A DNA stretch of 42,932 nt from Opitutia bacterium (GTDB lineage Bacteria > Verrucomicrobiota > Verrucomicrobiia > Opitutales > T3Sed10-336): positions 1 to 42,932 of the forward strand of contig PXDN01000107.1 of assembly GCA_003566375.1 (NCBI GenBank), given 5' to 3'. The position numbers and the translations under genes were made by a program. This document shows positions 9,394 to 19,846 of the stretch, piece after piece; positions within the stretch are counted from its first letter, which is position 1, and every line of letters starts with the position of its first letter. The notes beneath the pieces were generated by a model that saw only the letters and a program-made list of their open reading frames with translations, was not told the DNA's origin and searched no databases.

Positions 9394-10839
9394 TCAGAGC
9401 AGGCTTTCGTAATGCCGCAGGTAAGCGGCGGCGGCGTTATCCCAGGATAAATCGCGCGACATGCCGTTGCGGATGGCCCGCTCCATGGCCGGACGGTCGG
9501 CATACAAGTCCAGGGAACGGCTCAGCCCTTCCGCCAATCCCTCCGCCGTGGGGGGAAAGAGAATACCGGTGCCTTCTTCCGGATCGCGCCCGATGTCTGT
9601 CACGGTGTCGGCCAATCCCCCCACCCGGCTGACCAAAGGCACCGTGCCATAACGCATGCTGTACATCTGGTTCAGTCCGCACGGTTCGAAGGTGGATGGC
9701 ATGAGAAAGAAATCGGCTCCGGCTTCGATCAAATGACTGAGCGCCTCGTTCATGCCGGTGTTGACACTGATTTTGCCGGGGTGGGCGGCGGCCAGTTCCT
9801 TAAACCAGCGCTCATCCTCCTCGCCGCCACTCCCGAGCACAACCAGGCGGCAGTCGCGTTTGGCGAAAAAACCGCCGTTGGCGCGGATCAGCTCCAATCC
9901 TTTTTGAGGGGTGAAACGGCAAATCATGCCGTACACCGGACCCTTCCCCTTGGGTTTCAGGCCGGTTTGCTTGAGCAATTTCTCCTGGCAGCGGCTTTTG
10001 CCCGAAAGATCCTCCGGGCCGTAGGCGGCCGGCAGGTGCGGATCGTCGGCGGGATTCCACAACCCGGTGTCGATGCCGTTGACTTGGCAAAACAGATCTT
10101 CCTTGCGGGTTTTCAATACCCCTTCCAGCCCGCACCCGAATTCCGGGGTCAGGATTTCCTTACCGTATGTCGGGCTGACGGTGGTGACCGAATCGGAAAA
10201 CAAAATACCGGCCTTCAGGTAGTTGATCTGCCCGTAATACTCGAGCCCGTCCATCCCGCGCAACTCCTCCGGCAGGTTGGTCAGCGGAAACAACCGCATC
10301 GGAAAAATTCCCTGAAAAGCCAGGTTGTGGATGGTGAGCAAGGTGCGCCCGGCCAGCACCGCGGAACGCCGCCGCTCCTCGTAGCGCAGCAGCAGCGGGA
10401 TCATCGCCGTCTGCCAGTCATGGCAATGGACGATGTCGGCTTTCAGGCGGAGCTGGCTCAGCGCCTCCACCACCGCCTTGGCGAAAAAGAGAAACCGCTC
10501 GCCGTTGTCCTCATAATCCCGGCCGCCAACGCCGTAGGGATGCCGCCGGTCAAAAAACTCGTCACGGCAGACCAAATACAGGGTGAGATTTTTTTCCAAT
10601 CCGACTTCCAGCACCTCGCCGTGGTGGAACTGGTCGTCCATTTCGATGCCGAGGGTGATCGCCTTGCGGGCCTTCTCCCGCACGCGCGGATGCTCCAGCA
10701 CCGCCCGGTACCCGGGCAGGAAAACGGCCACCGGGTTCCCTTGGCGGGCCAGCGATTGCGAAAGGGCGGCGGCCGCGTCGGCCAATCCGCCCGTTTTGAC
10801 AAACGGAAACAACTCGCTTGCCGCGTGAACGATCTTCAT
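9394..10839 (-). CDS. glgA: Glycogen synthase (GT5)
   Basis: SELFPFVKTGGLAD, HCHDWQT, TIHNLAFQG, TTVSPTY, NGID, RFTPQKG, MPSTFEPCGLNQMYSMRYGT, GGLADTV. Start placed at MKIVHAAS. Confidence 0.97.
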   Translation of the reverse strand: MKIVHAASELFPFVKTGGLADAAAALSQSLARQGNPVAVFLPGYRAVLEHPRVREKARKAITLGIEMDDQFHHGEVLEVGLEKNLTLYLVCRDEFFDRRHPYGVGGRDYEDNGERFLFFAKAVVEALSQLRLKADIVHCHDWQTAMIPLLLRYEERRRSAVLAGRTLLTIHNLAFQGIFPMRLFPLTNLPEELRGMDGLEYYGQINYLKAGILFSDSVTTVSPTYGKEILTPEFGCGLEGVLKTRKEDLFCQVNGIDTGLWNPADDPHLPAAYGPEDLSGKSRCQEKLLKQTGLKPKGKGPVYGMICRFTPQKGLELIRANGGFFAKRDCRLVVLGSGGEEDERWFKELAAAHPGKISVNTGMNEALSHLIEAGADFFLMPSTFEPCGLNQMYSMRYGTVPLVSRVGGLADTVTDIGRDPEEGTGILFPPTAEGLAEGLSRSLDLYADRPAMERAIRNGMSRDLSWDNAAAAYLRHYESLL

Positions 10840-10907
10840 GGACAATGATCTTTGTTTGAGTTTCTCCAACCGGGCAAACTTAATTCCACGCCAACGCGTC
10901 CCCTTAT

Positions 10908-13223
10908 ATGAATTTGCGCAAACGCATCCTAGACCTTCTCCGCCAGCCTGATTACCTGCCGGCCACCCGCGACGAACTCGTCGCCAAAGTGGCCGGCAAA
11001 AAGAAATCCCTTGCCGGGGAAGCCGCCGAAGAAATCGAATCCATGCTGGCTTCCGGCCAGTTGGTCCGAATCAAGAAAAACCGGCTCTGCCTTCCGGTGG
11101 ACGCCGATCTGGTGAGCGGAAAAATCATTTTCCGCCAAAGCGGCGCGGCCATCCTAATCCCCGACCCGCCTCCCGACAGCACCGAATCCCCCGAAGCGGT
11201 GCGGATCCGCGCCGAGGACACGTGGGTGGCCATGCACGGCGACCGGGTGGTGGCCCGCTACAGCGACCCGCCTCAGCGCCAACGGCACCCCCGCAACAAA
11301 CGCGGCGGCGGCCGCGATGACGATTCCGCCCGGCACGCCCGCGTCATCCGCATCCTCGAACGCGCCCGCGACACCATCACCGGCACCTTGGAAAAATCGC
11401 GCCTGTTTCACTATGTCATCCCTGATGATCCCCGGATCATTCAAGACATCTACGTGCAAAACGCCCCCCGCTCCAAGGTTCGCCCCCGGCCCAAAGTCGG
11501 CGACAAGGTGGTGGTCAAACTCCACGAATGGAAACAGCGGCATATCAACCCCGAAGGGGAAATTGTTGAGATCCTCGGCAAAACCCACGAGCCGGGAGCG
11601 GAGCTGAAGGCCATTTTCCGCAAGTTCAACCTCGATCCGGAATTCCCCGAAGCGGTCGTCAAGGAGGTTGCCGCCTTCCCCGACAGCGTGCGCCGCAAGG
11701 ATCTGACCGGCCGCCTCGATCTCCGCAAGGTTTTCACCCTCACCATCGACCCGGACGACGCCAAGGATTTCGACGACGCCCTTTCCATTGAGCCGCTCGC
11801 CGGCGGCAATTTCCGCGTGGGCATCCACATCGCCGATGTCAGCGCCTACGTCAACCCCGACAGTCCCCTCGACAAGGAGGCGAAAAAGCGGGGCAACTCC
11901 ACCTACCTCGTCGGCACGGTCATCCCGATGCTCCCGCACAAACTTTCCAACGGACTTTGCAGCTTGGTGGAAAACGAGGACCGCTTGACCAAATCGGCTT
12001 TGCTGACCGTGACCCCGCAAGGCAAGGTCATCGAAGCCGAATACGCCAACAGTGTCATCCGCAGCTCCAAGCGGCTGACCTACCGCCAGGCTCACGCGTT
12101 TCTCAAAGAAAACGACTTCCGGGCCATCCGCCGCGTGCCGCTTCCCCCGGCCCACCAAACCGGATCGACCGGGCGCTCTCTGGAAGATTTGGACGACGTC
12201 GAACTCCGCCGCATCCAAGACACCGTGCGCCAGCTCTGGGTCATCGCAAGCAAAGTGAGGGAAAAGCGGATGAATACCGGCGCGCTCGATCTCGACATGC
12301 CCGAGACCAAAATTTTCGTCGATGAGGAGGGCTACGCCGACCGGCTCGAAATCATCGAATACGACGAGAGCCACCAGTTGATTGAGGAATTCATGCTGAT
12401 GGCCAACGAAGCCGTCGCCGCCGACCTCACCCGCGCCCGCATGCCCGCCATTTACCGGGTTCACGAAGAGCCAGACGGCAAAAAACTCGTCGAATACCGG
12501 GAATTTTTGGCCGACCACGGCATCCGCACCGGCGACCTCACCAACCGCAAGGAGATCAAAAAAGTCCTGCAAACCATCAAAACCCACCCGCAGGGCCACA
12601 TCCTGCGCATTCAGTTCCTGCGCTCCCTCCGACAGGCGAAATATTTGGCCGCCCCCAAGGGCCACTACGGCCTCAACAAGAAAAATTACACCCACTTCAC
12701 CTCGCCGATCCGCCGCTATTCCGACCTCGTGGTCCACCGGCTGCTGGAGACGTTTCTCGTCAAGCACCGCGGCGAAAAACCGCTCCCGGGCAAGAACCGC
12801 CACTACACCCAGGGGGAACTCAACAGCGTGGCCGAACACCTGAGCGTGACCGAGCAAAACTCGACCGAGGCCGAACGGGAACACGTGAAGCAAAAGTTGC
12901 TGGAATTCTTCGAACGGGAAATGGACAAGCCGGAGAAAACCCGTTTCCCGGCCATCATCACCGACGTGAAAAATCACGGCATGTTCATTGAGTTGAAAGA
13001 TTCGCAGGCTTTCGGCCTGATTCACATCTCGACCATGCGGGACGACCACTACCAAATCAACGCCGACGGCAACGCCCTGATCGGCCGCCGCACCAAGCGG
13101 AAGTACGAAAACGGCCAGCAAGTCGAAGTCGTCACCGAGCGGGTGGACCGTTTCAAACGCCAAATCGACTTCCGCCTCGTCGAACACCAAAACGACCGTC
13201 CGGGAAAAGGAAAAAAAAGGTAA
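10908..13223 (+). CDS. rnr: Ribonuclease R
   Basis: N-terminal HTH and cold-shock domains, TIDPDDAKDFDDALS, HIADVSAYV, LIEEFMLMAN, HFTSPIRRYSDLVVHR, C-terminal S1 domain and basic tail. Confidence 0.96.
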   Translation: MNLRKRILDLLRQPDYLPATRDELVAKVAGKKKSLAGEAAEEIESMLASGQLVRIKKNRLCLPVDADLVSGKIIFRQSGAAILIPDPPPDSTESPEAVRIRAEDTWVAMHGDRVVARYSDPPQRQRHPRNKRGGGRDDDSARHARVIRILERARDTITGTLEKSRLFHYVIPDDPRIIQDIYVQNAPRSKVRPRPKVGDKVVVKLHEWKQRHINPEGEIVEILGKTHEPGAELKAIFRKFNLDPEFPEAVVKEVAAFPDSVRRKDLTGRLDLRKVFTLTIDPDDAKDFDDALSIEPLAGGNFRVGIHIADVSAYVNPDSPLDKEAKKRGNSTYLVGTVIPMLPHKLSNGLCSLVENEDRLTKSALLTVTPQGKVIEAEYANSVIRSSKRLTYRQAHAFLKENDFRAIRRVPLPPAHQTGSTGRSLEDLDDVELRRIQDTVRQLWVIASKVREKRMNTGALDLDMPETKIFVDEEGYADRLEIIEYDESHQLIEEFMLMANEAVAADLTRARMPAIYRVHEEPDGKKLVEYREFLADHGIRTGDLTNRKEIKKVLQTIKTHPQGHILRIQFLRSLRQAKYLAAPKGHYGLNKKNYTHFTSPIRRYSDLVVHRLLETFLVKHRGEKPLPGKNRHYTQGELNSVAEHLSVTEQNSTEAEREHVKQKLLEFFEREMDKPEKTRFPAIITDVKNHGMFIELKDSQAFGLIHISTMRDDHYQINADGNALIGRRTKRKYENGQQVEVVTERVDRFKRQIDFRLVEHQNDRPGKGKKR

Positions 13224-13260
13224 ACGGGCGCGAAGGAACTCGTTTATCTTCAGATTTCAC

Positions 13261-13295
13261 TTTGCGCAAACCAACTAGTTGGATAAACTGGTTGA
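13261..13295 (+). promoter_or_regulatory. Candidate sigma70 promoter with overlapping palindromic operator for the TA operon
   Basis: TTGCGC (13262-13267) - 16 nt - TAAACT (13284-13289); perfect palindromes TTTGCGCAAA (13261-13270) and CCAACTAGTTGG (13271-13282). Confidence 0.6.
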
Positions 13296-13565
13296 ATGAA
13301 AAACCAGACAGTGCGCGAGACGGTCGGCCAAGCCGATGAAACGGTGGGGGCCTTCGAGGCGAAAACGCATCTCTCCCGGCTCCTCCGTGAGGTCTCCGGC
13401 GGCAAGCGCATCCTGATCACCCAACGGGGAAAGCCGGTCGCCCAGCTCGTCCCCCCGCCCGGAAACGAAGCGCGGCCCTTTCGCGGTGACATGAAGGGCA
13501 AGATTCGCATCGCCGAAGACTTCCGCGAGCCTCTGCCGGAGATCGAGGAATTCTTTTCTCCCTGA
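13296..13565 (+). CDS. Type II antitoxin, Phd/YefM family
   Basis: VGAFEAKTHLSRLLREV..G..ILITQRGKPVAQLVP N-terminal DNA-binding signature; C-terminal G.MKGKIRIAEDF.EPLPE; directly upstream of a PIN toxin. Confidence 0.92.
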   Translation: MKNQTVRETVGQADETVGAFEAKTHLSRLLREVSGGKRILITQRGKPVAQLVPPPGNEARPFRGDMKGKIRIAEDFREPLPEIEEFFSP

Positions 13566-13568
13566 ACG

Positions 13569-13955
13569 ATGCGGCTGCTCCTCGACACCCACGTTCTCTT
13601 GTGGTGGCAGGCCGACGATCCACGGCTGCCGCGCCGAATGGACAGACTGATCCTCGATCCAGCGAATGAGATTTTCTTTAGCAGCGTTTCCCTCTGGGAG
13701 ATGGCGATCAAGCGGAGTCTGGGTAAATTGGCATTTACCGGAACGCTATCCGGATTTGCGGATAAAATACGAACAAACCAAGGTTTCCTGCACCTTCCTC
13801 TGGAGGTCCCGCACTTGGAACGATTGGAGAGTCTTCCCCACCACCATCGCGACCCTTTCGACAGACTGCTCATCGCCCAGGCAATTGAGTTGAAAGCGGC
13901 GGCAATTACGAATGATCCCGCATGGAAGGGATACCGCGTGAGCCGTCGCTGGTAG
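13569..13955 (+). CDS. vapC: Type II toxin, VapC/PIN-domain ribonuclease
   Basis: MRLLLDTHVLLW, SSVSLWEMAIK, HHRDPFDRLLIAQA, ITND; the acidic PIN residues are present. Confidence 0.94.
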   Translation: MRLLLDTHVLLWWQADDPRLPRRMDRLILDPANEIFFSSVSLWEMAIKRSLGKLAFTGTLSGFADKIRTNQGFLHLPLEVPHLERLESLPHHHRDPFDRLLIAQAIELKAAAITNDPAWKGYRVSRRW

Positions 13956-14127
13956 ATACAGTTGGTTGGTGTTCGTCGGCGCAGTGCATCGTGACGGCGC
14001 CGCAACCCGCGCTTGGAGCGGCGGCGGAACGCAGGGTTGGCATCGCGCTCGATCCGATCCCCGTGCTTTCGACGGGAAAAAATGACTTTGACCCGGAAGT
14101 TTGCCGCAAACACTCTCTGACCTTTAG

Positions 14128-16371
<2,244 letters not shown>

Positions 16372-16394
16372 CCGGAGGTTCACCAAACATCACC

Positions 16395-17537
16395 ATGGCT
16401 GTCCCGCTCCTTGATTTAAACCAGCAAAACGGCGCTCTGGAAGAGGAACTCCAGGCCGCCTTCACCCGGGTTTTCCGCTCGGGATACTACATTTTGGGGT
16501 CCGAAGTGGAGGCATTCGAGGCCGAAGCCGCGCGGGCCATCGGGGCCAAACACGCCATCGGGGTTTCCTCCGGCACGGACGCGATTTTGCTGGCTTTAAT
16601 GGCGCTGGATATCGGACCGGGTGACGAGGTCATTTGCCCAACCTTCACCTTTTTCGCGACCGCCGGGTGCGTGGCGCGAACAGGCGCCAAACCGGTTTTC
16701 GTCGATTCCGAGCCGACCGGCTTCAATCTGGATCCGACCGCCTTGGAGAGCCGCATAACGTCGCGCACGAAAGCCATCATGCCGGTGCACCTGTTTGGCC
16801 AAACGGCCGACATGACCCCGGTCATGGAGGTTGCCGAACGGCATGGAATTCGGGTGATTGAAGACGCCGCCCAGGCCATCGGCGCGGAGGATCACGGGCG
16901 CGGAGCCGGCACCATCGGGTGCTTCGGCGCCTTCAGCTTTTTCCCGTCGAAAAATCTCGGCTGCCTGGGGGACGCCGGATTGCTGACCTGCCAAGACGGG
17001 AAACTGGCGGAAAAAGCCCGCGTGCTCCGGGTGCACGGCATGCAACCGAAATATTATCACAAATGGATCGGGGCCAATTTCCGCATCGACGCCCTGCAAG
17101 CCGCGTTTCTGCGGGTCAAACTGCCCCATCTCCCCGACTACCAAACCAAACGGGCTGAAAACGCCGGCCATTATCTGGCGGCACTCGCTCCCCTGGCCGA
17201 AGACGGACGGCTGATACTTCCCCGCGCCGCCGAGGGCAAAACCCACACGTGGAACCAGTTCACCTTGCGGGTGCCACCGGCCGGAAACGGAGAAAACCGC
17301 CGCGACGCCCTCAAGGCCCACTTGCTCGGGAAACAGATTGGGTGTGAGATTTATTACCCCCTGGCCCTGCACCAACAGGAGTGCTTCGCATCCGTGATCA
17401 CGCCGGAGGAACGGTATCCCCACGCCGAGACCCTTGCCCAAGAATGCCTGAGCATCCCCGTTTTTCCGGAATTATCGCCCGGACAGCGGGAGGAGGTTGT
17501 CTCCGCCATTCATGGATTTTTCCGGGATACTGATTGA
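16395..17537 (+). CDS. DegT/DnrJ/EryC1/StrS-family PLP-dependent sugar aminotransferase
   Basis: SSGTDA, PTFTFFAT, MPVHLFGQ, IEDAAQAIG, FSFFPSKNLG (PLP lysine), GDAG, NFRIDALQA, LSIP. Start placed at MAVPLL. Confidence 0.94.
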   Translation: MAVPLLDLNQQNGALEEELQAAFTRVFRSGYYILGSEVEAFEAEAARAIGAKHAIGVSSGTDAILLALMALDIGPGDEVICPTFTFFATAGCVARTGAKPVFVDSEPTGFNLDPTALESRITSRTKAIMPVHLFGQTADMTPVMEVAERHGIRVIEDAAQAIGAEDHGRGAGTIGCFGAFSFFPSKNLGCLGDAGLLTCQDGKLAEKARVLRVHGMQPKYYHKWIGANFRIDALQAAFLRVKLPHLPDYQTKRAENAGHYLAALAPLAEDGRLILPRAAEGKTHTWNQFTLRVPPAGNGENRRDALKAHLLGKQIGCEIYYPLALHQQECFASVITPEERYPHAETLAQECLSIPVFPELSPGQREEVVSAIHGFFRDTD

Positions 17538-17734
17538 AAAATGGGCGGGGGAACGGAATTTTTGTGCGAAAACAAGGTGTCTGGTCCATCCATGGAACCC
17601 GCTCGGCCTTGTGTGGTCAATTGTTGGCAGTTGTGAGAGAACAAGTTCCGCTCAAACCAACCCGAAGGAAAAAAACCGAAGAAAATTTCGAAAAATAGTT
17701 GACCGCCGTCTAAAAATGACCTCTATTATACCCA

Positions 17735-17828
17735 TATTCAATTTCCCCCGCTTAGCGGGGGTTTTGGGGTAACTAAGAAAGAAAGCAGCTGGCGGGTGGT
17801 TTAGGGGTAGGCCACCCGCCTTTCTTTT
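17735..17828 (+). ncRNA. Candidate small RNA (about 95 nt) of unknown family
   Basis: In a 450-bp intergenic gap: upstream TTGACC (17699-17704) and TATTAT (17724-17729) with a long 19-nt spacer, hairpin CCCCCGC-TTA-GCGGGGG (17745-17761), then a terminator hairpin. Boundaries approximate. Confidence 0.4.
17791..17828 (+). terminator. Intrinsic terminator
   Basis: GGCGGGTGGTTTA-GGGG-TAGGCCACCCGCC (13-bp stem with two G-U pairs) followed by TTTCTTTT. Confidence 0.75.
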
Positions 17829-17991
17829 GTACAAATCAAACGTCTGTATGGAGCAATCGACCACACCCACCTCATTTCCTCCATTGTGCGGACCGGGCAT
17901 GACAACCGCGCCATCCGGGCTCACCCAGAAGGAATGTCTCCACCTTTTTTAAGTTCGCCGCTTCCCTGAACCGCCATACCACAAGCCACCC

Positions 17992-19203
17992 ATGAAAATT
18001 CTCCGGCTCACCCCCTCATTCCGTTCTCCCTTGTGGCTGTCGCTCCTCGCGGTCGCCGCCTGCGCTTCCGCAACGCTCCCCGCGCGCGCCGGTTTTCCGT
18101 CCGCCGCCGACTACCCGGTCACCGGGCGGGCGGTGCCCGAATTGCGGGCATTGGAGGAACGCCTGGTGACATTCATGGCCCGCGAAGAAATTCCCGGAGG
18201 CGTTTTCGGTTTGAGCAACAAAGGAGAAATTCTCGCCCTGCGCGGCTACGGCTGGCGGGATGAAGCCCTTTCCCTGCCGATGCCCCCCGACGCGTTGATG
18301 CGGGTGGCCAGCATCACCAAACCGGTGGTGGCCGCCGCCGTGCGCGAACTGATCGCCGACGGGCGCTTTCAACCCGACACGCCCGCCTTCGACCTTGGCC
18401 AAGACGGCGGAGGCGTGCTGCCGGTCAACCCTTACCCACAACCCGGCGACGACCGGTTGGGCAACATCACCATCGCCCACCTCCTCGCCCACCGCGGAGG
18501 CTGGGACCGTTCGGAGGCGGGTGATTTGACCTACCGCGAAATCCAAATTGCCGAAGCCTTCGGCGCGCCCAGTCCCCCCGGACGGGAACGCACCCTGCAA
18601 TACATCCTCGGCCAACCCCTCCAATTCGATCCCGGAGAACGCCGGTCGTATTCAAACATCGGTTACCTCACTCTCGGTTTAATCGTGGAGTCGGTTACCG
18701 GCAGGGAACTGCTGGATTTCATTCACGAGCGGGTGCTCGGCCCGATGGGGGTTGGACGGGGGGACCATTTGGGCGGCCGCACGTTCCGGGCGCATGCCCA
18801 TCCCAGGGAACCGTTCTACCATCATCCCGGTATGGCTCCCAATGTCTTCGATCCCGCCGGCCCGCGCGTCAGCCGGGCCTACGGCGGCTGGGATCACGAG
18901 GCCCGCGTTGGCCAGGGGAGCCACATCACCACCGCCGCCACCCTGCTGCGGTTTCTGGAAAACCGGGTTGCGGGCGGTGATGACATCGGCCTTCCGCGCC
19001 CGAAATCGGTCGAACAGGATTGGGTGAGCAGCCACGGAGGTTCCCTTTCCGGAACCAATGCCCATGCCCGCCAAGGCGGCGACGGGGTGAGCTTTGTCAT
19101 CATCTTCAACCGAAGGCACGACGGAGGCCAAAACCTCGCCGCCCGCGCGCGCCAAATCATCGAGGAGTGGATGGAAGAAACGGAGTTCGCCGGAGACAAC
19201 TGA
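17992..19203 (+). CDS. Exported serine hydrolase, beta-lactamase class C / AmpC-like family
   Basis: Signal peptide (possible lipobox VAAC), SxxK (VASITK), LLAHRGG, YxN (YSNIGY), HGGSLSG. Substrate unknown. Confidence 0.9.
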   Translation: MKILRLTPSFRSPLWLSLLAVAACASATLPARAGFPSAADYPVTGRAVPELRALEERLVTFMAREEIPGGVFGLSNKGEILALRGYGWRDEALSLPMPPDALMRVASITKPVVAAAVRELIADGRFQPDTPAFDLGQDGGGVLPVNPYPQPGDDRLGNITIAHLLAHRGGWDRSEAGDLTYREIQIAEAFGAPSPPGRERTLQYILGQPLQFDPGERRSYSNIGYLTLGLIVESVTGRELLDFIHERVLGPMGVGRGDHLGGRTFRAHAHPREPFYHHPGMAPNVFDPAGPRVSRAYGGWDHEARVGQGSHITTAATLLRFLENRVAGGDDIGLPRPKSVEQDWVSSHGGSLSGTNAHARQGGDGVSFVIIFNRRHDGGQNLAARARQIIEEWMEETEFAGDN

Positions 19204-19258
19204 TTCCCGGCCAAGCCAAGGATTGCCCTGCCCCCGTTGGAAAAGATATAACACCACC

Positions 19259-19798
19259 ATGAAAACCGCTTTGGTGATTCTCGCGGATGGCTTTGAAGAG
19301 ATCGAAGCCGTCACTCCCGTCGATCTTTTGCGCCGGGCCGGCGTCGCCACCACCGTGGCCTCCCTCGGCCCCGACCTGCTGGTGACTGGCAAAAACCAAC
19401 TCCGTCTGAAGGCCGACGCCTTGCTGGACGAGGCCGCCGGCCAACCGCCCGATCTGCTGGTGCTGCCGGGAGGCCCCGGCGTGAAACACCTGCGCGCCGA
19501 CGCCCGCGTCCTCCGCATGGCGCGGGAGCAATACGACGCCGGCCGGTTGATCGGCGCCATTTGCGCCGCACCGCTTGTCCTGCTGGACGCCGGCATTTTA
19601 CCGGGCCGGCGCCACACCGCCCACCCCTCGACAGCGGCCGAATGGCCCGGAGACTTGTCGCCCGAACGCGTGGTGATCGACCTCCCCGTCATCACTTCCC
19701 GCGGAGCGGGCACGGCGGTCGATTTCGGGTTGGCCCTGCTGGAACACCTGCTCGGCAAGGAACCGGCGGAAGCCGTGAAATCCGCCGTTTGCGCCTGA
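19259..19798 (+). CDS. yajL: DJ-1/PfpI family protein (YajL/ThiJ clade)
   Basis: MKTALVILADGFEEIEAVTPVDLLRRAG, VLPGG, AICAAP (catalytic Cys), ITSRGAGTAVDFGL. Confidence 0.92.
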   Translation: MKTALVILADGFEEIEAVTPVDLLRRAGVATTVASLGPDLLVTGKNQLRLKADALLDEAAGQPPDLLVLPGGPGVKHLRADARVLRMAREQYDAGRLIGAICAAPLVLLDAGILPGRRHTAHPSTAAEWPGDLSPERVVIDLPVITSRGAGTAVDFGLALLEHLLGKEPAEAVKSAVCA

Positions 19799-19846
19799 CC
19801 ACTGCGTCCTCACCGACAACGTTCAACAAACCTCTTTTCCACCCGC

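Noticed and set aside
11154-13190. 678-aa antisense ORF, and similar long shadow ORFs (4000-5403, 9733-10848, 29132-30406, 34164-35567, 36149-37282)
   Set aside because: They lie opposite well-supported genes, have no recognisable motifs, and are expected from codon bias in high-GC DNA.
17992-19203. Antibiotic-resistance beta-lactamase
   Set aside because: SxxK and YxN are shared by many esterases and peptidases of this fold; the third motif is HGG rather than KTG and there is no mobile context.
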